From a virus, in the UHGV virus genome UHGV-0216266: 20,975 nucleotides of DNA; one strand, given 5' to 3'. The notes beneath the pieces were generated by a model. It worked only from the letters and a program-made list of their open reading frames with translations, had not been told where the DNA came from and searched no databases. Below, piece after piece: positions 14,994 to 20,975 of this stretch (its first letter is position 1; every line of letters starts with the position of its first letter). A program made the position numbers and the translations under genes.

Positions 14994-17408
14994 TTAATAC
15001 AGGTTCCGCCACTTATCATCTTCCTTCAGACGCTGGTTCCGATAGAAGATACGCAGGCCTGCTCCTGACGGAATACTGCCACCGCGAAGGAGTAAATCTA
15101 CCTCTTTCTCGCTGCCATCAAATCCTCTGGACTTCAGTTCATAGACGAGCTGCTGTCGTTGATGGTCTGTAATTCGCTGTTTGTAGTTTCTACGCCGTTT
15201 CGGTTTCACCAGGCGTAACCTTGCAGCCAGTTCCCGGCGCTCTTTTTTGTTCATACTGTGCAGAAAATCGTGCAACTCCTTGTCATCCATGCGGGTAATA
15301 TCCGTTCTGGTGTCCCCATCAGCTGATTTATCTTTCTCCTGTTGGTTCAAATTTTCAGCAAGGGGACAGTTATTGCCACGAGTCCAAGGGGCGCAAGCGC
15401 CCTGGTCGGCTGCCGCCTCCTGAACGTCAACGGCTTTACGAACCATTTTCCACTTCACTGCATGAGTGCAGATCTTGCCCTCTGCAATGGGTGACCAGAT
15501 GCCATAAATACGAATGCCGTGATCGCCATAGGCGGTCGGCTCTTCGTTGATTTCATAAGCGGTTCTGATGAGGTGATATTTACGGGGAACCAGTACGCCG
15601 CCCTGCTTCATGATGTAGGTGGCAAAACAACCAGCATCAGCAGCAGCCAGAATGGCATCAAGACGCGGGTTATCCAGTACCGGCGCACCTGCTTTTTTGT
15701 CACCCTGTTGCCTTGCCGCCTGACCAGCCAGCAAGCGAAGTTCACGGTAAGCCTGACGCCCCGGAATACCAAAGAAGCGGAATTGCTGAACACGATGCAG
15801 AGACGCCCAGGCATTCACGTATTCAGCGTTATCACGCAGAGATTTACCCGTTTCCTTGCTGATCTCGCCAGCCAGACCACGACCGTCAATGTTCTTACTG
15901 ATATATTTCGCGATGTAGCTTGTCGGCGTTCCTTTGCGCGGGTTAATCAACTCAGACTTAAAGCGCGGCCCAGTGTTATTGCCCAGCTCCTCGCGGTCTT
16001 CACGGATGGCAAACTTACGCAGTAATGCAGTGATGGCACGGCGGTCTTTTTTGCGCATGAAACACAACAGGTGCCAGTGAACTGTGCCATCATGATGCGG
16101 CTCAGCCACCCGCACGCCATACCAGCGCAACCCGGCTTTGTGCATCGCCTTACGAAATGCAGCAAACATGCCGACCAGATAATCGCTGCTTTGTCTTACC
16201 GTCGCGTTTGTCCAGGTCGGGTTTGGTCTGCCGTTATTTAGCGTGGAATGGAAACGCGACGGACAGGTGATAGTGTAGAAAACGGCGCAGTCACCGCGCA
16301 TTTCCGCGATAAGCTCCAGACCTTTAACACAGGCCATCATCTCATTGCGGCGATGCGCAGGGTTGCTGCTGCTGGCGTTTACCACATCCTCCATGTCCAG
16401 CGTGTCGCCGTCTTCGTTCACCAGTTCATGAGAACGGAAAAACTCCAGCGACTTACGGCGCTGCTCACGTCTATGCATCACGGCTTCATAGCTGACATAA
16501 GGAGATGCTTTTTTGCTGACCAGGCAAACAGCGCGCAACTGCTCTTCCCGCCATTCGCAACGCATCTTCCATAATTTCCGATACCACCAGTCGGCGCACA
16601 ACATACGCGCCAGCGAACCCGGAATGAGTTCATAGGGCACGGGTTTACGGCGGTTTCTTTTCCGACGGAGTTGCTCAAACGCAGGTGGGATGACATCCAG
16701 ACGCAGGGTTTCCGCTGCCACCTTTTCCCATGTCTTGCGGATTTCTTCTGGCTTAACGTCATCGGTGGCATACAAATCACCACAAGCTGCATCAAGGCAC
16801 ATACTCATATGCGCAGCTACCAGGGTGGACAGGCGTTTCACCTGATCCTGACTCATTTCAGGCAGGATCAGCAGGCCGTCCAGCCCTTCATGGCTTGCCA
16901 TAAAGCGAAAAGATGCAGATAGCTGACTGTCGCGTACATGCTCCAGTCGTTCCAGACATGGCTTAATCGTCTCACGTAAATAGCGGGAATAAGCCTTTGG
17001 CCTGCCCAGGCTGCTGAAGTATTCAATACGTTGCATCAGCGGCTTGCTGATATGGGAAGGCTGGGCGTTGACGTCCGCCAGAATGACCATGTCTGAATTA
17101 AAACGCTGCTGCTCATGCGCCAGCTTTGCCCGGCTAATGAGCTTATCCTGCTCCATTTCGCGCTGGACAGGATCACGTGATTCATTAAAGAAATAACGCT
17201 CCCAGACCTGATCACTCAGTGCCTCGCGGCGCAACTGTTCCTGCTCGTTATCGGCAGCGTACAGAGTGATCAGGTTTGAAAGCGTAGAAACCGGCGCAAC
17301 TTCCGCCGGGTCCAGATAAGGGTTAATGGCCTTTTTCGTGCTGTTCCATGAGAATGCTGCGGCAGCCTCGTTAAAGCCGCAGCAGTTGTTCATATCGGCA
17401 TGACTCAT
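14994..17408 (-). CDS. A: Replication initiation endonuclease (P2 gpA-like rolling-circle initiator)
   Basis: 804-aa ORF. ATG at 17406-17408 overlaps the Dam stop (ATGA). Contains the His-hydrophobic-His motif VHWHLL typical of HUH-type initiators. Large size and position next to the early region match P2 A / 186 A. Confidence 0.8.
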   Translation of the reverse strand: MSHADMNNCCGFNEAAAAFSWNSTKKAINPYLDPAEVAPVSTLSNLITLYAADNEQEQLRREALSDQVWERYFFNESRDPVQREMEQDKLISRAKLAHEQQRFNSDMVILADVNAQPSHISKPLMQRIEYFSSLGRPKAYSRYLRETIKPCLERLEHVRDSQLSASFRFMASHEGLDGLLILPEMSQDQVKRLSTLVAAHMSMCLDAACGDLYATDDVKPEEIRKTWEKVAAETLRLDVIPPAFEQLRRKRNRRKPVPYELIPGSLARMLCADWWYRKLWKMRCEWREEQLRAVCLVSKKASPYVSYEAVMHRREQRRKSLEFFRSHELVNEDGDTLDMEDVVNASSSNPAHRRNEMMACVKGLELIAEMRGDCAVFYTITCPSRFHSTLNNGRPNPTWTNATVRQSSDYLVGMFAAFRKAMHKAGLRWYGVRVAEPHHDGTVHWHLLCFMRKKDRRAITALLRKFAIREDREELGNNTGPRFKSELINPRKGTPTSYIAKYISKNIDGRGLAGEISKETGKSLRDNAEYVNAWASLHRVQQFRFFGIPGRQAYRELRLLAGQAARQQGDKKAGAPVLDNPRLDAILAAADAGCFATYIMKQGGVLVPRKYHLIRTAYEINEEPTAYGDHGIRIYGIWSPIAEGKICTHAVKWKMVRKAVDVQEAAADQGACAPWTRGNNCPLAENLNQQEKDKSADGDTRTDITRMDDKELHDFLHSMNKKERRELAARLRLVKPKRRRNYKQRITDHQRQQLVYELKSRGFDGSEKEVDLLLRGGSIPSGAGLRIFYRNQRLKEDDKWRNLY

Positions 17409-18262
17409 GCACGTACTCCGTACACGGCAGAACTATCCACGCCACGCGAATAATCAAATCCCATCCAGCAGCGCGGCCCGGAAACAGCAATGATTTCTGT
17501 TGCTGATTTACCCTCGCCAGCTGCCACACCGATGCTGCGTTTTACCTTGATATAGTGGTGAGTAAAATTGCGATACAGCGAACGGATCAGGGATGTGTCA
17601 CTGTTAGAAACAATGACCGGATGTCCTTCTGATGACCGATGTTCAAGAACGGATGCCAGGTGATACTGGTCATCTTCAGTGAAACCATCAGTGTGATAAC
17701 CGGAAAACGTACCGTCATATGGCGGATCGCAATACACCACATCTCCCGCCTTCAACATCGTCAGCGTTTCATCAAAGCTGGCGCAGATAAACGTTGCTCG
17801 CTGGGCTTTTTCTGCAAATGTGCGAAGTTCTTTTTCAGGGAAATACGGATTTTTATAATTACCGTAGGGAATGTTGAAATGCCCGCTCTTGTTATAGCGA
17901 CATAAACCACGGTAACCGTGACGATTGAGATACAGGAAATATACCGCTTTCATGAAATCAGTAATTTCAGTTGAGCAGTTAAACTCCTGCCTTATGTTGT
18001 AATAAGCCACCTCCCTGTTTGCGATCTCAAATAAAACTCTGGCGCGAGATATAAACGATTCACAATCAGCGGCAACCTTTTTATAGAGGTTGATTAAATC
18101 AGGATTAATATCCGCAACCAGATAGCTGGGATAATCCGTTTCCATCATCACAGCACAGGAACCCGCGAAAGGTTCAACCAGTCGCGGGCCAGCAGGAAGG
18201 TATTTTTTCAGTTCTGGCATAATGGCGGTTTTATTTCCCGCCCATTTCAGGATGGTGCTCAT
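17405..18262 (-). CDS. DNA N6-adenine methyltransferase (Dam family), orphan
   Basis: ATG at 18260-18262 ([11 protein letters not shown]..., 285 aa) with a GGAGG Shine-Dalgarno. Motifs KWAGNK, EPFAGS (SAM-binding FxGxG) and DPPY (catalytic motif IV of N6-adenine methyltransferases). No adjacent nuclease gene. Confidence 0.85.
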   Translation of the reverse strand: MSTILKWAGNKTAIMPELKKYLPAGPRLVEPFAGSCAVMMETDYPSYLVADINPDLINLYKKVAADCESFISRARVLFEIANREVAYYNIRQEFNCSTEITDFMKAVYFLYLNRHGYRGLCRYNKSGHFNIPYGNYKNPYFPEKELRTFAEKAQRATFICASFDETLTMLKAGDVVYCDPPYDGTFSGYHTDGFTEDDQYHLASVLEHRSSEGHPVIVSNSDTSLIRSLYRNFTHHYIKVKRSIGVAAGEGKSATEIIAVSGPRCWMGFDYSRGVDSSAVYGVRA

Positions 18263-18486
18263 ACAGCACCTCCGTTGTAATGTTTGCCTTTCAGTTCTGC
18301 GATTTCCTGACAGGTAATGCAAAGCTGCACTCCCGGAATGGCGCGGCGTCGTGCTGGCGGAATTGGCGCTTCACATTCAATGCAAAGTACGCGTGACACG
18401 CCCGGTGATTTGGCACGGGCTGCACGGATATGGCTCTGGCGTTCTTCTTCAACGCGCTGCTGTACGAGATCCATTGCATCAGCCAT
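18259..18486 (-). CDS. TraR/DksA-family C4 zinc-finger protein
   Basis: 75-aa ORF with CIEC-x17-CITC (CxxC-N17-CxxC). ATG at 18484-18486. Its stop overlaps the Dam start (ATGA). Confidence 0.7.
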   Translation of the reverse strand: MADAMDLVQQRVEEERQSHIRAARAKSPGVSRVLCIECEAPIPPARRRAIPGVQLCITCQEIAELKGKHYNGGAV

Positions 18487-18719
18487 TAGTGGATCTCCTG
18501 CGCTTCGTTCTGGATTGCTTCAGCAGTCACGCGCAGCAGTTCTGCCGCTTCCACGTGGTTTAGCTGGCGGGATGAGATATAACACGCCAGGCTATCAAGG
18601 CGAGCAGCCATTGCTTCAGCCCTTGCCCGGCGTTCTTCCAGACGAGCCTCTGTCAGTAAAATATTAAGCCCTGCGTCATCCGGTCCGGTTTTAGTCGTGA
18701 GGGTTTCAATATTACGCAT
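18486..18719 (-). CDS. Hypothetical early-region protein
   Basis: ATG at 18717-18719 (MRNIETLTTKTG..., 77 aa) with an AGGAG Shine-Dalgarno. The track ORF begins at TTG two codons earlier. Its stop overlaps the TraR-like start. Confidence 0.5.
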   Translation of the reverse strand: MRNIETLTTKTGPDDAGLNILLTEARLEERRARAEAMAARLDSLACYISSRQLNHVEAAELLRVTAEAIQNEAQEIH

Positions 18720-18786
18720 AATCAATTCTCCTGAATTTAGATAAAGGGATGCCCGGCGGGTTTACGCCATTAATTTCATTAGTTGG

Positions 18787-19128
18787 TTAATTCGGCATGG
18801 TTAGCCGTCTGGGAAATAAGCTCACCACTGCACGAAAATGATTCATTGCTTTAATCAACTCCCGCTTTTCGTCAGTGGTCAGCTCATTAATGCTGATGCT
18901 ATGACGTTCAGCTGGAATTTTTGCCATAAAGAATATGGCAGCCAGTGCCCTTTTATTTTGTTCATTATTGATATCCCATGGATCACGCATATCTTTAATA
19001 AACCGCTCAAGCTCTGACTCAATATTCAGGCCAAAAACTTTCGCCCTTAACTCCGCAATGTGATTAAGTCCATTCAGGCGTTCACCGGGGCTTAATGGAA
19101 CAGTTGCTGCAGTGCCTTCAATAGCCAT
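18787..19128 (-). CDS. Hypothetical early-region protein
   Basis: 113-aa ORF, ATG at 19126-19128. By position it corresponds to the 186 fil/dhr or P2 orf78-83 block, but I do not recognise the sequence. Confidence 0.45.
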   Translation of the reverse strand: MAIEGTAATVPLSPGERLNGLNHIAELRAKVFGLNIESELERFIKDMRDPWDINNEQNKRALAAIFFMAKIPAERHSISINELTTDEKRELIKAMNHFRAVVSLFPRRLTMPN

Positions 19129-19292
19129 TTGTTCCCCCGTTTTTTCGTAGATAGTTCTGCCAGCAATTCATCTTGTGAACGGCACGGATGCCAGCGTTTA
19201 CCATCCTCCCCCATGATCCAGCCGTGACCGTAATGCATTGCCGGGCTTTGTTTAACCAGCAGCGATGCAAATGATGGTTCTTTCGTCAGCAT
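19092..19292 (-). CDS. Hypothetical small protein immediately downstream of cII
   Basis: ATG at 19290-19292 (MLTKEPSFASLLVKQ..., 66 aa) with a GAGGTG Shine-Dalgarno. The track start at 19322 would overlap cII. Overlaps the next gene by 37 nt. Confidence 0.4.
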   Translation of the reverse strand: MLTKEPSFASLLVKQSPAMHYGHGWIMGEDGKRWHPCRSQDELLAELSTKKRGNKWLLKALQQLFH

Positions 19293-19299
19293 AAGCACC

Positions 19300-19809
19300 T
19301 CACAGCAAACCAAATGAAGCACCGAGGCCAGTCACGGTATCAACTGCACTCGCCATCGCAGGATTAGCCTGTAAACGGGCCTGCAATGAAACAGCCGCCA
19401 GCGCCATCAGTCGTGTTACAGAGTTAATGCTGCTGATAGCATCACGACGACCGGCACAGGTTTTTACATCGCCAGACACCGCACCTGCAGCAACACGCCC
19501 GATCTCTGCGGTTGCACTCATGACGTAATGTGGCAGTTTCTCTTTTGCCACCTCATTAATCGGTACACATGGCAGACAATGAATCTGTGCCAGAAAACCA
19601 TCTACCAGCGTTGAATCTTCAGTCAGATCGGTAAGCAGCCAGATTTCTGGTGCGGTTAATAAATGAGGCTGAGCTGGGTTCAGCTTGTTCCGCAGAATCT
19701 GCACATTCATGCCTGCACGTTCTGCCAGTTGCACCAGATTGTGGCGCAGTGCAAATGCACGACAGGCTTCATCAAAATGTGGATGTTTGGAAACTTGGTA
19801 ATCAAACAT
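19300..19809 (-). CDS. cII: Phage regulatory protein CII (186 CII / CP76 family)
   Basis: ATG at 19807-19809 gives 169 aa ([76 protein letters not shown]...). Length and N-terminal sequence are as I recall for 186 CII. Follows the apl-like gene. Confidence 0.65.
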   Translation of the reverse strand: MFDYQVSKHPHFDEACRAFALRHNLVQLAERAGMNVQILRNKLNPAQPHLLTAPEIWLLTDLTEDSTLVDGFLAQIHCLPCVPINEVAKEKLPHYVMSATAEIGRVAAGAVSGDVKTCAGRRDAISSINSVTRLMALAAVSLQARLQANPAMASAVDTVTGLGASFGLL

Positions 19810-19841
19810 GGTCAATGCCTCTGATGTATTTCAGAATCGAA

Positions 19842-20063
19842 CTAATTAAGGTTTAGATTGCATTCTGAAAGCGCATCAACGGTCATTGCTGCTATGTTGA
19901 TCATCACTTTTTCGCGTTTTTTATCTTTGCGCAGACGGTGACGGATAAGGCGTCCATCAGCCAACATATCATTGATGGTATCGATGGATAGCCCTGTCAG
20001 CTCGCTATAGCGTTCAATAGTCACATGAGGCGTGGTAAGAGTGATTGAAATGTTAGGTCTCAT
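19842..20063 (-). CDS. apl: Apl/Cox-like small DNA-binding protein (excisionase and repressor of the lysogenic promoter)
   Basis: 73-aa ORF, ATG at 20061-20063. Divergent from cI and first gene of the lytic early operon. Probable HTH around [18 protein letters not shown]. Assignment is by position and size. Confidence 0.5.
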   Translation of the reverse strand: MRPNISITLTTPHVTIERYSELTGLSIDTINDMLADGRLIRHRLRKDKKREKVMINIAAMTVDALSECNLNLN

Positions 20064-20135
20064 GATGCAACATTCCTCGTTTAATGATGATTAATCAGGA
20101 CGAATACGGATCGTTTGTATTTTGTGAACACCATA

Positions 20136-20164
20136 AACATACGATCGCACAGTGAAATCGTCAA
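20136..20164 (-). promoter_or_regulatory. Candidate early lytic promoter (pR-like) for apl-cII
   Basis: Minus strand TTGACG (plus 20159-20164), 17-nt spacer, TATGTT (plus 20136-20141), ~65 nt upstream of the apl ATG. Lies inside the cI-apl intergenic region, consistent with 186-type face-to-face promoters. Confidence 0.3.
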
Positions 20165-20188
20165 GATAAAAGTTCACTTGGAGTGACC

Positions 20189-20758
20189 ATGAATTTGGAG
20201 AAAGGCGGACGAGGCGCCATAGAGCGCATGGTAGAAGCTTATGGATTCAAGACTCGACAGGCGTTGTGCGATCATTTAGGAATCTCTAAAAGTACACTCG
20301 CCACACGCTACATGCGTGACTCATTCCCAGCAGAATGGGTAATCCAGTGCGCCCTTGAAACAGGAACCTCGCTTAATTGGCTCACAACCGGGCATGGTTC
20401 AAAGCAAACTTCAGGTAATACAAATACTATGGAAGTTGCTAAATATGTATTATCTGATGGGGCCTTGTGTGAAGACGGTTTTTATATTTTCGATAGAGAA
20501 TTTCTACCGTCGGCATTCAAGAATCTTTTTGTAATCACAGATAATAATTCTGAATTTATTTGTGATAAGGAATTTGATGATATACGTGATGGTAAATGGG
20601 TAATAAGTATTGATGGCGAAATAACGATCCGTGACATTACTCGTTTACCCGGTGGAAGAATCTTCGTCGAGGGTGGAAACAGAGCCTTCGAATGTAAGAT
20701 AGAAGACATTGAAATAATTGGTAAAATTATAAGCTTAACAGTCAAGTATGTTAAATAG
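20189..20758 (+). CDS. cI: CI-type immunity repressor (186 CI-like)
   Basis: ATG at 20189-20191 with GGAG 5 nt upstream (MNLEKGGRG...). The track ORF starts at GTG 20183. 189-191 aa against ~192 aa for 186 CI by memory. N-terminal HTH (TRQALCDHLGISKSTLATRY). Divergent from apl. Confidence 0.65.
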   Translation: MNLEKGGRGAIERMVEAYGFKTRQALCDHLGISKSTLATRYMRDSFPAEWVIQCALETGTSLNWLTTGHGSKQTSGNTNTMEVAKYVLSDGALCEDGFYIFDREFLPSAFKNLFVITDNNSEFICDKEFDDIRDGKWVISIDGEITIRDITRLPGGRIFVEGGNRAFECKIEDIEIIGKIISLTVKYVK

Positions 20759-20773
20759 TACCGGGAGGAAATT

Positions 20774-20836
20774 ATGCTTGGTAAGGTATTTTTTGTGGTT
20801 TTGTCATGTTCTTTGTTATTAAACCCACTAGCTACC
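20774..20836 (+). pseudogene. 5' end of an ORF interrupted by IS1 (identity unknown; sits where int is expected)
   Basis: ATG at 20774 with a strong GGGAGG Shine-Dalgarno 15 nt after the cI stop. Encodes MLGKVFFVVLSCSLLLNPLAT (hydrophobic), then the reading frame runs into the IS1 inverted repeat beginning at 20837. Confidence 0.3.
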
Positions 20837-20975
20837 GGTAATGCTGCCAACTTACTGATTTAGTGTATGATGGTGATTTTAAGGTGCTTGCGTGGCTTCC
20901 ATTTCCATCAGATGTCCTTCCTGCTCCGCTACTGAAGGCGTGGTGCGTAACGGCAAAAGCACTGCCGGACATCAG
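20837..20975 (+). mobile_element. IS1-family insertion sequence, terminal ~139 bp (partial, continues beyond the window)
   Basis: 20837-20859 ggtaatgctgccaacttactgat matches the IS1 terminal inverted repeat (GGTGATGCTGCCAACTTACTGAT / GGTAATGACTCCAACTTATTGAT from memory). It is followed by the conserved IS1 leader and the insA start. Confidence 0.85.
20892..20975 (+). CDS. insA: IS1 InsA (transposition repressor / N-terminal part of InsAB transposase), 5' partial
   Basis: GTG at 20892, then [27 protein letters not shown]. This matches the IS1 InsA N-terminus (zinc ribbon CPSC...). Truncated by the window end. Confidence 0.75.
   Translation, partial: MASISIRCPSCSATEGVVRNGKSTAGHQ

Noticed and set aside
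1-20975. tRNA, rRNA, CRISPR arrays, integrase or attachment site
   Set aside because: None was recognised. The window contains no repeat-spacer periodicity and no tRNA-like cloverleaf that I could identify. The int/att end of the prophage probably lies beyond the IS1 at the right edge, and the G, F-operon and ogr end lies beyond position 1.

Overview
This window reads as a near-complete P2/186-family (Peduovirus-like) prophage segment in reverse orientation, recognised from translated ORFs and gene order; no homology search was run. Minus strand, 23-9840: tail fiber H, baseplate I/J/W/V, tail completion S/R, a lysis cassette (spanins LysB/LysC, LysA, SAR-type endolysin K, small holin Y), X, head completion L, small terminase M, capsid N, scaffold O. 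Plus strand, 9983-12783: large terminase P and portal Q. Then comes a visibly AT-rich accessory island around a cos-like site (12784-14408) with two unrecognised genes: a 181-aa two-TM membrane protein between Q and cos, and a 141-aa signal-peptide protein in the slot where P2 carries old/tin. These are the best candidates for an undescribed defence or exclusion function. Beyond that: a LexA-box promoter driving a small ORF plus a DinI-like gene (186 Tum-like), replication initiator A translationally coupled to a Dam-family methyltransferase, a TraR-like zinc finger, small early ORFs, and a 186-type immunity switch (cII, apl-like, cI). The last 139 bp are the terminal inverted repeat and insA start of an IS1 element, which truncates a small ORF just downstream of cI. 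No tRNA, rRNA or CRISPR array was seen.
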